Assembly (NCBI RefSeq): GCF_016432865.1
Contig: NC_067399.1
Span: 75,950,001 to 76,014,000 of the forward strand
Length of the DNA stretch: 64,000 bases
DNA from: Antechinus flavipes
Lineage: Eukaryota
Direction: 5' to 3'
The position numbers and the translations under genes are program-made. Shown one piece after another: positions 12,130-25,800 of the stretch. The notes beneath the pieces are model-generated. The model did not search any database. It was not told the origin of the DNA and worked only from the letters and a program-made list of their open reading frames with translations. Positions within the stretch are counted from its first letter, which is position 1, and each line of letters starts with the position of its first letter.

Positions 12130-13577
12130 TTTTAGAATTGATTTTAAAGATTTTGAATTCCAAATTTTTCTCCCACCTTCTCTCCTTTCCCTCTTCTATT
12201 CCAAAAATGGTAGGCAATTTGATATAAATTATATATGTGCTATCATAGGAATGGTTTTGAAAGAGAAATAGTTCAAAAGAAAAAAACAAAAAAAAGAACA
12301 AAATAAGTGGGTGGAAATATGCTTCGTTCTGCATTTAGAATCCATCATTTCTTTATTTGAATGTGGATAGCATTTTCCTTTGTGAGTCTTCTGTATTTGT
12401 CTTGGATTACTGTGTTACTAAGAACTTGTCATCCATAAGCTGATCATGAAATGTTATTGACATCACACACAGTGATTTTGTAGTTCTACTCATTTTGCTT
12501 TGCATCATTTTGTACATCTTTTCAGTTTTTTCTATATTTCATCTGTTCATCATTTCTAATTTCATAATATGATTCCATTACATTCATATACTGAAACTTG
12601 TTCAACAAATACCCAATTGATTTTTTTAGTTTTACTTTTGATTTATTTATTTAATATTTTTACCCAGTTACATTCAAATTATTTTTTTTACATTTACTTT
12701 TAAAATTTTTGAGTTCTCTTACCCCCATCCACAATTAAGAAACCACATGTGAAGTTATGCAAAACATTGTGAAAGAAAAGATAGATCTCCCATCCTAACA
12801 GAAAAAAAAACCGTCAAGAAAAATGAAGTTGAGAGAGACAGACAGATAGAGAAAAAGAGATACACACACACAGAGAGAATGCTTCATTATGTATTCAGAC
12901 ACAATCAGTTCCTTTAGATAAGATTTTTCATCATAAATCCTTCATAGAGGTCATAGATGATTGTTCTACTGAGAATAGCAAAGTCATTTATAACTGCTAA
13001 TCCCAGAGCATTGCTATTACTTGATATAGAGTACATTTCACTTTGCTTGGTTTGTGGAAGACTTTCCAGCTTTTTTGGTTTTGTTTTGTTTTGTTTTTTG
13101 TTTTTTCTGAGAGCATCCTACTTATCATTTCTCATAGAACAATAATATTCCATCACAAACACATCGAACTGTTTGCTGAGTCATTCCCCAATTGATGGGC
13201 ATCCCCTCAGTTGCCAAATTTTTGCCCTTCTTAGTATTGGTTTGAATATGTTTCTATATGTAGGTCATTTTCCTTTTTTTAAAATCTCTTTTGGTATTCA
13301 TGCCTAGTAATGGTGTTGTTAAGTTAAAGAATATGTATGAATTTATACCTCTTTGGGCACAGATCATATTTTTTAGTCTTTAATCAATTGGGATATGGCT
13401 TTTATCTTTTATAAATTTGACTCAGTTTCCTCCATCTTTGAGAAATGAGGCCTTATCAAAGGAACTTGCTTCAAAATTCTTTTTACAATTACTCTTCCAA
13501 ACTTTATTCTGCTCCATTTATTCTCTCTCTCCTTTCACACTTCCCTCTTCAAAAGCATTTTGGTACTGATCCCTCCC
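12130..13577 (-). mobile_element. Antisense L1 3'-region fragments
   Basis: Reverse complement resembles L1 3'UTR/ORF2-end sequences elsewhere in the window; boundaries approximate. Confidence 0.6.
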
Positions 13578-14005
13578 TGTTATGAGCCAGAACTCTGAAC
13601 TTGAAACAAAGGATTCTTACAAGGTACTAATTCAGTGGAATTGACAGAGACAATAACTATCTAATTTAGCATGGTTCAGTAAGATTGATTTAATCCTACA
13701 AGGAGATGTTATGGGCCAGAACTTGAAACAAGGTACTAAGGGGAATTGAGGAGGCAATGGTTAATTTTATTAGTTTAGCATTGATTTAATCCTACAACAA
13801 ATAATGGTTTCCTAGTGGTATAATGATTGGTGTATACTCAGTGTGGAGCATATAAGCAAGAAGCTCTAAGGGCCAGAAGGGCAAGTGTACTAGAAACTCT
13901 CAGAGCCTCAGCCAGGATTCAGTCACGGAAATTCAGAAGCCAGAGAAGGCAAGTGGGAGCTCAAGCTCTCGGAACCAAGGCCAGACTGAAAGACTCTCCA
14001 GAACT
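13578..14005 (+). mobile_element. Truncated ERV LTR (tgttatg(a/g)gccagaac family)
   Basis: Starts with TG and has a doubled U3 start motif; GATTGG (reverse CCAAT) and TATAAG at ~13851; homologous to the LTRs at 44741 and 46406; U5 end absent. Confidence 0.8.
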
Positions 14006-17000
14006 CCAAACTTCAGAATTTTCAGACTAAAGAAAAAATTTTACAAGCAGCCAGGAAAAAACAGTTCAAATACCGAGGTGCCACAATAAAGGTCACGCAA
14101 GATTTGGCTGCCTCAACATTAAAGGATCAAAGGGCCTGGAATCAGATATTCCAAAAGACAAAAGAGTTTGGAATGCAGCTAAGAATAAACTACCCAGCTA
14201 AGCTGAGTATTTTTCCCATGGAAGAAGATGGACATTAAATGAAACAGAGGAATTCCATTTATTTCTAAGGAAAAAAACCAGACTTAAACAAAAAAAAAAA
14301 AATTGATCTCCAACAACAGGACTCAAGAGAAGTAGAAAAAGGTAAAAGGAACTCTTGAGAACTGAACTTCTGTTGTAGATATACATAAAAACCATATGTA
14401 CAATTTGATTTTACTGATATAACATAAAAACAGGAAGTAGAAATAGAAAGGGAATAGTGTCAGAAAAAGGGAAAAGGGGAGATAAAAAGAGGGAAACTAC
14501 ATGTGATGATGAGGCAAAGGAAACCTGTCATATCTGAGGGAAGTTAGGGAAAGGGAGGAACATTGTGTGAATTCTACTCTCATCAGAGTTGGCTCAAAGA
14601 GGAAATAATTGACATATTTGTTTTACAGAGAATCTTCTCTCACTTCATTAAAAAGTGGGAGAGGGAAAGGGAAAAGGAAAAAGAGTAATAAGGGAAGGAT
14701 ACAAGAAAGGAGAAGGAATTCAAAGGGAGTTGGAAGGGATACTAAAGAGGGAGAGCTGTGTGACACAAGTGGGACCAATAAGTTTAATAGAAGGGAAGAA
14801 GGGAAGAATGGAAAGAGGGCAAGAAAAAGAAAAGCATAATCTGGAGATATTAGGATGGCATGAAATACAGAATTACTAATTTTAACTGTAAATGTGAATG
14901 GGATGAACTCTCCCATAAAGAGGAGGTGGATAGCAGACTGGATCAAAAGTCAGAACCCTACAATATGTTGTTCACAGAAAACACATTTAAAACAGGGAGA
15001 TACATACAGAGTAAAGGTAAAAGGCTGGAGCAGAATCTATTATGCTTCAGGTGAAGTCAAAAAAGCAGGGGTAGCCATCCTTATCTCAGATCAAGTAAAA
15101 GCAAAAATTGATCTAATTAAAAGAGATAAGGAAGGAAACTATGTCTTGCTAAAGGATAATATAGACAATGAAGCAATATCAGTATTAAACATATATGCAC
15201 CAAGTGATATAGCATCTAACTTCCTAAAGGAGAAGGTAAGAAAGTTGTGAGAAGAAATAGACAGCAAAACTATAATAGTGGGAGATCTCAACCTTGCACT
15301 CTCAGATTTAGATAAATCAAATCACAAAACAAATAAGAAAAAAATTAAAGAGGTAAATAGAATATTAGAAAAATTAGGTATGATAGATCTCTGGAGAAAA
15401 CTGAATGGTGACAGAAAGGAGTATACTTCCTTCTCAGCAATTCATGGAACCTACACAAAAATTGACCATATGTTAGGACATAAAGATCTCAAAATTAAAT
15501 GCAGGAAAGCAGAAATAGTAAATGCTTTCTTTTGAGATCACAATGCAATAAAAACTACATTCAACAAAAAGTTAGGTGTAAATAGACCAAAAAGTAATTG
15601 GAAATTAAATAAGCTTATCTTAAAGAATGATTGGATGAAACAGCAAATTATAGACACAATTAATAATTTCAATCAAAATAATGACAATAGTGAGACATCA
15701 TACCAAAATTTATGGGATGCAGCCAAAGCGGTAATAAGGGGAAATTTTATATCCTTAGAGGCTTACTTGAATAAAATAGAGAAAGAGAAGATCAATGAAT
15801 TGGGCCTGCAACTTAAAAAGCTAGAAAAAGACCAAATTAAAAACCCCCAATCAATTACTAAACTTGAAATTCTAAAATTAAAAGGAAAAATTAATAATAT
15901 AGAAAGTAAAAAAAACTATTGAACTAATAAATAAAACTAAGAGTTGGTTTTATGAAAAAAACAATAAAATTGATAAACCTTTGGTAAATCTGATTAGAAA
16001 AAGGAGAGGGGGAAATCAAATTCATAGTCTTAAAAATGAAAAGGGAGAACTTTCCACCAATGAAGAGAAAATTAAAGAAATAATAAGGGGTTACTTTGCC
16101 CAACTTTATGCCAATAAATTTGATAACCTAAGCGAAATGGATGACTACCTCCAAAAATATAGGCTTCCCAGATTATCAGAGGAGGAAGTAAATTGCTTAA
16201 ATAGTCCCATTTCAGAAAAAGAAATAGAACAAGCTATTAATCAACTCCCTAAAAAAAAAAAAAATCCCCGGGATCAGATGGATTTACATGTGAATTCTAC
16301 CAAACATTCAAAGAACAATTAGTCCCAATGCTTTATAAACTATTTGAAAAAATACAGAATGAAGGAGTTCTACCAAATTCCTTTTATGACACAGACATGG
16401 TACTGATACCTAAACCAGGTAGGTTGAAAAACAGAGAAAGAAAATTATAGACCAATCTCCCTAATGAATATTGATGCTAAAATCTTAAATAAGATATTAG
16501 CAAAAAGACTACAGAAAATCATCCCCAGGATAATACACCATGATCAAGTAGGATTTATACCAGGAATGCAGGGCTGGTTCAATATTAGGAAAACTATCAG
16601 TATAATTGGCCATATTAATAATCAAATTAACAAAAACCATATGATCATCTCAATAGATGCAGAAAAAGCATTTGATAAAATCCATCATCCATTCCTATTA
16701 AAAACTCTTGAGAGTATAGGACTAAATGGACTTTTCCTTAAAATAATCAGTAGCATCTATTTAATCAGCAGTAAGCATCATATGTAATGGGGACAAACTG
16801 CAACCATTCCCAATAAAATCAGGAGTGAAACAAGGTTGCCCACTATCACCGTTACTATTTAATATTGTATTAGAAATGCTAGCTTTGGCAATAAGAGTTG
16901 AGAAAGAGATTAAAGGAATAAGAATAGGCAATGAGGAAACCAAATTATCACTCTTTGCTGATGATATGATGGTATACTTAGAGAATCCCAGAGATTCTAT

Positions 17001-19030
17001 TAAAAAGTTATTAGAAGCAATCCATACCTTTAGTAAAGTTGCAGGATGCAAAATAAGCCCACATAAGTCATCAAAGTTCTTATACATCACTAACAAAACC
17101 CAACAGTTAGAGTTACAAAGAGAAATTCCATTTAAAGTAACTCCTGATTGTATAAAATATTTAGGAATCTATCTGCCAAGGGAAAATCAGAAACTTTATG
17201 AGCAAAACTACAAAACACTTTCCACACAAATTAAGTCTGATCTAACCAACTGGAAAAATATTAAATGCTCATGGATTGGGCTAGCAAATATAATAAAGAT
17301 GACAATGCTACCTAAACTAATCTATTTATTTAGTGCTATACCAATCAGACTCCCAAAAAACTATTTTGATGACCTAGAAAAAATAACAATAAAGTTCATA
17401 TGGAAAAAGAAAAGGTGGAGAATTTCAAGGGAATTAATGAAAAAAAATCAAATGAAGATGGCCTAGTTGTATCAGATCTAAAATTATATTTTAAACTAGC
17501 AGTTACTAAAACCATCTAGTATTGGCTAAGTTGATCAATGGAATAGGTTAGGTTCAAAGGACAAAACAGCTAGTAACTTTAATAATCTAGTGTTTGACAA
17601 ACCCAAAGACCCCGGTTTTGGGGATAAGAATGCCTTTGACAAAAAATTGCTGGGAAAATTGGAAATGAGTATGGCAGAAACTAGGCATTGACCCACACTT
17701 AACACCGTACACCAAGATAAGGTCAAAATGTGTTCATGACCTAGGCATAAAGAATGAGATTATAAATATAATTGGAAGAGCATAGGATAGTTTGCCTCTC
17801 AGACCTGTGGAAGAGGAAGGAATTTATGACCAAAGAAGAACTAGAGATCACTATTGACCACAAAATAGAAAATTTTGATTATATCAAATTGAAAAGTTTT
17901 TGTACAAACAAAACTAATGCAGACAAGATTAGAAGGGAAACAAACTGGGAAAACATTTTTACAGTCAAAGGTTCTGATAAAGGCCTCATTTCCAAAATGT
18001 ATAGAGAATTGACTCTAATTTATAAGAAATCAAGCCATTCTCCAATTGATAAATGTTCAAAGGATATGAATAGACAATTCTCAAAGAAATTAAAACTATT
18101 TATAGCCATATGAAAATATGCTCCAAATCATTATTAATCAGAGAAATGCAAATTAAGACAACTCTGAGATACCACTACACACCTGTCAGATTGGCTAGAA
18201 TGACAGGGAAAGATAATGTGGAATGTTGGAGTGGATATGGGAAAACAGGGACACTGATACATTGTTGGTGGAATTGTGAACACATCCAGCCATTCTGGAG
18301 AGCAATTTGGAACTATGCTCAAAAAGTTATCATACTGTGCATACCCTTTGATCCAGCAGTGTTTCTATTGGACTTATATCCCAAAAAGATACTAAAGAAG
18401 GAAAAGGGACCTGTATGTGCCAAAATGTTTGTGGCAGCCCTGTTTGTAGTGGTTAGAAGCTGGAAAATGAATGGATGGTCATCAATTGGAGAACAGTTGA
18501 GTAAATTGTGGTATATGAACATTATGGAATATTATTGTTCTGTAAGAAATGACCAGCAGGATGAATACAGAGAGGACTGGGGAGACTTAACATGAACTGA
18601 TGCTAAGTGAAATGAGTAGAACCAGGAGATCATTATATACCTCAGCAACGATACTGTATGAGGATGTATTCTGATGGAAATGGATTTCTTCGACAAAGAG
18701 ATCTAACTCAGTTTCAATTGCTCAAGGATGGACAGAAGCAGCTATACCCGAAGAAAGAACACTAGGAAATGAATATAAACTCCTTGCATTTTTGTTTTTC
18801 TTCCTGGGTTATTTATACCTTCTGAATCCAATTCTCCCTGTGCAACAAGAGGACTGTTCGGTTCTGCATACATATATTGTATCTAGGATATACTGTAACC
18901 TATTTAACATGTATAGGACTGCTTGCCAACTGGGGGAGGGGATGGAGAGAGGGAGGGGAAAAATTGGAACAGAAGTGATTGCAAGGGATAATGTTGTAAA
19001 AAATTACCCTGGCATGGGTTCTGTCAATAA
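14006..19030 (+). mobile_element. Near full-length degenerate L1 (ORF1 C-terminus, ~500-nt spacer, EN/RT/C-domain ORF2, 3'UTR, A tail)
   Basis: ORF track fragments: NGMNSPIKRR (endonuclease), [30 protein letters not shown] (RT), MQIKTTLRYH (C-domain); multiple stops and frameshifts, so inactive. Confidence 0.95.
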
Positions 19031-19770
19031 AAAGTTATTAAAAAAAAAAAGGAAATGTGCATATCATTTTATTCAGCAGTGTTTCTACTGGGGTTGTATC
19101 CCAAATAGATCATAAAGTAGGGTAAGGGACCACAGATGAAATAATATTTGGGGTAGCCCTTTTGTAGTGGCAAGAAACTGGAAACTGAGGGGATGTCCAT
19201 TAATTGGGGAATGACTGAATAAGTTATAGAATATGAATGTTATGGAATATTACTGTTCTATAAGAAATGATCAGGATGATTTCAGAGAGTCCTGGAGAAA
19301 CTTACATGAACTGATGTTAAGTGAAATGAGCAGAACCAGGAGATTATTATACAAGACAACAGCAAGATTATATGATGATCAATTCTAATGGACATGGCTC
19401 TTGTCAACAATGGTTGACCAGTTCCAATGGTTTTGTGAAGAAGAAGCCATCTGCATGCAGAGAAAGGACAGTGGGAACTGAATGTGGGCCACAATACAGT
19501 GTTTTCACTTTTATTAGTATTGTTTGTATTTTGTTTTTGTTTTCATTTTTTTTCTTTTTTATCTGATTTTTCTTATGCAACATGATGTTTGTGGAAATAT
19601 GTATAGAAAAATTGCACATGTTTAACATATATTGGATCACTTGCCATCTAGGGGAGGGTGGAGGGAAGGAAGGGAAAAAATTAAAATACAAGGTTTGTAA
19701 GGATTAATGTTGAAAATTATCCATGTGTATATTTTGAAAATAAAAGGCTTTAATTTAAAAAAAGAAAAAA
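19031..19770 (+). mobile_element. Older L1 3' end directly abutting the larger L1
   Basis: Second ORF2-end/3'UTR with AATAAA (~19739) and A-rich tail. Confidence 0.8.
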
Positions 19771-19795
19771 TTAAATCTTCTTTGGCTTCTATGAT

Positions 19796-19859
19796 AGTCT
19801 CTCTCTTTCTCTCTATCTCTGAGTCTCTTTGTGTCTCTTTCTCTTTCTGAGTCTCTCTG

Positions 19860-19904
<45 letters not shown>

Positions 19905-20236
19905 CTCTCTATGTGTCTGTATGTGTGTGTATTTCTCTGTCTATATATCTATTTTTTTTATTCCTATCTGCCTCTTTCTCTCTGTTTCTCTGTCTCAGTG
20001 TTTCTGTTTCTGTCTCTTTCTATCACTGTCTCTCTGCCTCTCTCTGTTTCTCTTTCTTTGTCTCAATTTTTCTGTCTCTTTTTCTCTTTAATATTATCTC
20101 TCTACCTCTCTCTGTTTCTCTCTCTGTCTTTTTCTTTCTGTCTTTCTCTTTGTCTCTCTCTCTCTGTCTCTGTTTACATCTCTGTCTCTCTGTCTCTCTT
20201 TTTTTTCCCTTTGTCTCTCTCTCTCTCCTTTTTTTC
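19796..20236. repeat. (TC)n/(TCTG)n low-complexity pyrimidine tract
   Basis: Direct inspection; explains the spurious S/L-rich ORFs at 19829-20367. Confidence 0.9.
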
Positions 20237-21084
20237 CATGTGAGGTCCTTGAGTGCAGAGACTACTTTTTGTCTTTGTAGTATCTCCAGCATGTAACACA
20301 GTGCCTTACACATAAGTGAGTAATAAGCCTTAGTTGATTGTCTGACCTGAATCATCCATAAGGCCAAAGTTCTTTAATTCTATGTCTATAATATCTTTTA
20401 CTTCTATCTTTTCCTTTCTATTTCCAATCCATTCAAATAGGGTAAAACTTTTATTAATTCTATAATACAACATCCTAGTAACTTCTTAAGCAAAGTCTTT
20501 TTTCTAGTATTTTCTTGTTCACTCTTTCATTCTTAACATTGTCAGTCATATTTCTAATATGCCATCTAATTATATTATCAGCTCAAAAAATTTGTCAACT
20601 CTGTCACCTAGGTATGGGTCACAGACTCAAAGCTGTTTATGAAAAATAACTGGTATAAGGGTGACATTCTTTGGAAGAAAGGCCCTAAGCTGTGTTTGAA
20701 GATTCAGAAATCAGTAGCAGCTAGGGTGTGGCCCAGACATTCACCATAGTAAGGTGTCATTTCCACCATTTAGACCAGCCTACAAGTGAATAACTAAAAC
20801 AGGAATCACAGGCCTAAGAGGATCCTACTATTCTGTAACTCAGACCTAACTGATTTTCAGCTGGCTGATTGAGGCCAAGCCTAGAAGCAAACTGCTTTTT
20901 CTCAGAACCAAATCCAGGTTGGAAATTTGCAAAGCTCAAATCAATGAACAAGCAATCAGACTTTCTTTTAATGGCTGACAGTATCAAAGACCTTGACCAG
21001 ATCTATACATGTTATATACAGACCTCTATTCTGCTCCTAGAATTTTTCCTGGAATCCGGCAGTATAACATCATTTCAACTATTC

Positions 21085-21520
21085 TTCAGCCTCCTCTGAA
21101 GCCACACTGGCTTTTAGGTAGATGACCTTTTTCCTGAGAGTCAGGTCAGTCTACTAAGGAGGCTCTGGCAAGAAGTTTGTCAGTAATGTCTAAGAGAGAG
21201 AAATCCCTGTGGTTGTCACAGCACCATATATTCTCTTTACCTTTGTAAATATGGACAATGGCAGTATCCTTGAACTTCTGGAGTATAACTTCTTTTGTCA
21301 TTTAATCAGTCAGATTTTGTATTAATAATGGATCCCCCACCTTAAAAATTTCATCTGAAATATAATCAGCACTTGGTGCTTTACCACAAGAAAATAGCCT
21401 AATGGCATTCAAAACCTCTTCTTCAGTTGGAACTTCAGAATGAGAGTGTTTGAAACCTGAGGTAAATGGTCAATAGATTCAATTTTGATTGATGACAATC
21501 TGGTGAGAACACAATGGAAG
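21085..21520 (-). mobile_element. RTE-clade LINE fragment (RT N-terminal region)
   Basis: Reverse strand resembles RTE ORF motifs (EEVLNAIRLFSCGKAP.A; FKDTAIVHIYKGK; HRDFSLL; PQEKGHLPKSQCGF). Confidence 0.7.
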
Positions 21521-21544
21521 TGTTAACCAATCTCTCCAGGACCA

Positions 21545-22245
21545 TATCCTTAGTGTATAAAAGCTTCACAAGCAAAAGCAAAATAGTAAATATATGAAGC
21601 ACACCTTTTTCTGATTATAATTCAATAAATATCATATTTTATAAAGGGACTTTGGAGCAGAGATTAAAAAATTTGTTGGGAACAAAATAATCTCATCCTA
21701 TAAAATCAATATATTAAAGAACAACTCAAAAAAAATCAATAATTTCATTAAAGCTAAAACAAACAAACACACAAGCAAAAAAATAAAACAAATGAGGGTT
21801 TCTCAGATATGCAGACAATACCACTTTGATATAAAAAGTGAAGAATTAGAAATCTTTTGATGAGTAACCCAAACCAATATAAGAAAATGACAATACTACT
21901 TAAATTAACATACTTATTCAGTGTCATACCAATTAAACTACTCAAAAAAATTCAAATAATTTCACAGAGGTTGGGATACAAATTGAAAAAAAAACTTTTT
22001 TGGGAAAAGTAGAAAACAGTCTGGCTAAAAATTGGCATTGATCAATATTTCATATTGTATGATAAAATAAGCCCCAAATGAGTACATGGATACATAAAGG
22101 GTGATATCATAAGTAAATTAATAGAGAATGGGGGAAATTATTTATCAGATCTGTGAATAGGAAAAGAGTTTATGACCCTATAAGAATCAGAGAAGTTCAA
22201 AGCAGGTAAAATGGATAATTTTGTTATATCAAATTAAAGGGTTTG
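21545..22245 (+). mobile_element. Decayed L1 ORF2 remnants
   Basis: Similar to 4472-5305 and to the large L1; boundaries approximate. Confidence 0.55.
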
Positions 22246-22252
22246 GCACAGG

Positions 22253-22320
22253 CAGGGAGAGAGAGAGAGAGAGACAGAGGCAGAGACAGAGAGAAAGACA
22301 GACAGACAGACAGTCAGAGA
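22253..22320. repeat. (GA)n/(GACA)n simple repeat
   Basis: Direct inspection. Confidence 0.85.
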
Positions 22321-22755
22321 AGACTGAGAAGTCATTAAAACTAAATTCTCAATAAAAATTTCATTTCTAAAATATGTATGGAACCAAGGTAAATTTACAA
22401 GAATAAAAATTGTTTCCCGATTGATAAAGGTTTCAAGAATATTGCCATCTCAAGGAACGGAGCAGAGTTCATAAACTGAGCAAAAAGAGATGATTCACAA
22501 AAATTAAACAATTAGATAGCTTCCTTGTAAGGATATGGACTAAGAATATAATGGGGGGTTCTGAGTTTTTTTTAAAAAGTACTACTACACTATTAATAAG
22601 AGGATTATTAAAATAAAAGATACTTTCTAAGTCCCAAAGGAAGTTTAAAAGTATAAAAACTTCTACAACCATTTATGAAGTCTGATCCAAAGAGATCAGT
22701 TTGCATGGGGACAGAGGAAGGGAACTTGAATACAAAAAATCCTCATATTAACCAC

Positions 22756-22790
22756 TAATGAATTTCTCAGGGATCTAAGGTCTCCAGAGA
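22756..22790 (+). promoter_or_regulatory. OR2 promoter module (TAATGA + O/E-like sites)
   Basis: cacTAATGAatTTCTCAGGGAtctaaggTCTCCAGAGA. Confidence 0.7.
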
Positions 22791-22897
22791 CAAGGACACT
22801 GAAGAAAGAGAAAGACACAGGCAAAGAATCATGGAGATAACAGAAGAGAGGGCAGAAACAAGGACCAATATCCTAGAATATCATTCAGGCTATCCAG
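22791..22897 (+). other. Predicted 5' exon of OR2 (donor CAG|GTAAGT at 22897/22898)
   Basis: Paralogous to 5803-5912; implies a ~10.2-kb intron to the acceptor at 33109. Confidence 0.6.
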
Positions 22898-25800
22898 GTA
22901 AGTTGAGAAGAAGCAGAGAATTTCACTGTCTGGATTCCTGATCTAACATTATTATTCCTGATCTATCTGACATCTATTGTTTTCTTTCCAAAGGCACTAG
23001 TTCATATACACAGGCATGCATTTTATATGGTTTCATACAACCGCTGGGATAAAATAGAAATTCTTTACTCTGATGCTTAAGGCCTTCCACCATTTGTTCC
23101 AAAGAATTTTTCCAGATTAACTTCATATGACTTGCATTCACATATTTAGTATCCATGTAAAAATACTCCTCAAATTCAAAATCCTCTCTCCCATCTCCAT
23201 ACATTCTCATAAGCCATTTCCTATGCTGCAAATGCACTCTCTCCATATCTTCACATGGCAGAATCTTTATTAATCTTAAATTCTACTTAGTTCTACTAAG
23301 ACACCAGTTTCACTAATAGTTTCCAAATGCTACCAGATATTCCCACATCCTCCTACCTAAAACTCCTTTCTGTTGTACCTACTTATATAAATGTGGAATG
23401 CCATCTCCTTGAGGCAAGAAACTTTGGTTTTTAGGCTTAATGCATTGAATGCATGTAGAATATGCTTCATAAATATTTATTGAATTAAGATGAACTGAAA
23501 TTTTCCTCTGAGAGGGAGGCACCATTGATCCAAAAATAGACCTAGTGACTTCCTTTTCCTTCTTGTTTTCATTTTCTAAAGTTGTTTTCTTCTTTGTTTT
23601 TTTACCACCACCACGACTACCCCAATATCTTACAATTCAACTTCCACCTGATTTCACTGACATATATAGGTCAAAGTTTAGGGAGAGGTAAAGAAAAGAG
23701 AAAATGAATGTCATGCTCTAAATTCCTAGCAACAACCCCTCAATGCTAGAAGTCATCTCAGTCAAGGATCTATAGGTCCACAGCAAAAAACTAAACCAAA
23801 TGCCATGTTTCATTACAGACCACTTACCAATGGTGATAATTATTTCCAGATACTATAATGATTTCTCAGGAGTCAATACACTAAGGAAATTGAAAGTTAC
23901 AATATAATAATAATAACAAATAATTAATGTCTATTATGTATCAGATACCATACTTAGCACTTTATAATTATTATCTCATTGGATTTTTGCAATACCCATA
24001 GAAGATATATGCTATAAATATGCCCCTTTCATAGATGAGGAAACTGAGACAAACAGAGGTTAAGTAATTTGGTCAACAAAGGGCACACAACTAGTAAGTG
24101 TCTGGAGCTCCAACTGAACTCAGGTCTTCCTGACTGCAGCCCAGCACTCTTTCCACTACACCATATAGCTCTCTGAGTCACAACTATCTGAGAACAGCTA
24201 AGTACCCTAGATGAGTTCAAATGACCAGAAATACATATACAGGAGAGCTAACAATGAGATTCACAGTGAATGGGAGACTTGTTGCAGAACTAGAGATGAC
24301 CAAATGTCCCAATCTTCATTACAGAAAAAAAATGGATTTTTCAAACCAGAGGTCAATGAATTTCAACTTAGTTCCAAGGTAAAGAGGGAAGCCTTAATAC
24401 AGAAATGATTCCCCAAAACACAATAAAACTACATAAATTCACTAAGAGCAAATCATAACACCAGATTAATCCTACTTTATTTGTGATAGATTTCCTAAAA
24501 GATTAGAAGAAGGAAAAAAATGCAAGCATAGTATGCTCAGATTTCATCAGGTCATCTCGCACAGCCTCTCAAAATATGGATTAGATCAGAGATGTCAAAT
24601 TCATTTCAGGGACATGTAACTCAAACAACATTAAAATGTAATTGAGAAATGTTTAACAAAGTAATTAGAAATATAATAAAGCAGACAATTGTAGTTTGCT
24701 AAGTCAATATGCAACCCATGAGGTTTCAATTTCATTTGAGTTTGAACCCATTGCAGTAAATAATAGTTACATAGATTCTAATATCATCATTAGAATTAAA
24801 GAGTGCCCATTGATGAACTAATATCAGCATAGAGGACAATTTCTAGGGTAGTCCCCTGGGTCATTTCTATTCAATATTTTTAACATAATGTGAATGAAAA
24901 CATAGACAACATGGTTTTTTTTTGTTTTGTTTTGTTTTGTTTTTATTTTAATCTGGAATGTTTCAATAGACTATAAGAGTGACTTCAAGCAATAAGTTAA
25001 AGTTTAATAGGGATTAAATGCCTTATATATTCATTCAAAAGACCAATTCTACAGATTAAAAATATACATTAGTGAAAAGGGAAACAGCACAATATGTGCT
25101 AAAGAACTTAAGACAACATGTTTCTGCAAATATTTATTCATATGAATACATTGTAAAGTCGCATACACAAAAATAAACATAATCTTGACCTATGACTAAT
25201 GTAAGTATAGTGTCCAGAGTAATGAACATACTAGACCTACAATTCTCTACCTGGTCAGACAACATTTGCAATATTTTGATTGTATCTCAACGTTGTGTTA
25301 TAGGAAAGGATAATGGCAATATGCATAATGTCCATAGAAGGCAGGCAAAGATAGTGAGCAAAATTTAAATGTGCAATATCACAAAATCATAAAATTTCAG
25401 ACTTGTAAGGCACATCATCATAGCACTTCTAGTGAAATTCTTAACTGTTCATAAATTCCCTTCATAATATTACCAAACGTTGTTCTTCACTTAATTTTTT
25501 TTAAAAGAATTTGAAACTTGAACCATTGACTTCACATTCATGGTTCTTCCACTACAACATATAGTCTAGATGGTTTATTTGAAGGCACTAGATATACTTA
25601 TTCAAGAAAACAGATGCATCATTTAGGTAGGAGGAGATCATTTCTCTTATCAAATGTTTTAAAGACTGTTTATTGTGTTGTGATATGTAATTTGCAAATT
25701 GACCCATGGTATAAAATCAGAGCCAAGGAGTGAAAATTGCAAAGAAATCTATTTTGCCTCAAAAATATCATTTTTCAACCTACTAGAACTGCCCATAGAT

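Larger units (their letters stand above)
5100..12860 (+). repeat. Tandem duplication unit A (OR1 with promoter, intron, 3' flank)
   Basis: Colinear similarity of non-coding sequence to 22330-35470 and 35990-42400; boundaries approximate. Confidence 0.8.

Noticed and set aside
14894-18595. L1 ORF fragments as functional proteins or an active L1
   Set aside because: Broken into many frames by stops and frameshifts; no L1 5'UTR.
19829-20367. Several 86-155-aa ORFs on both strands
   Set aside because: Translations of a (TC)n low-complexity tract.
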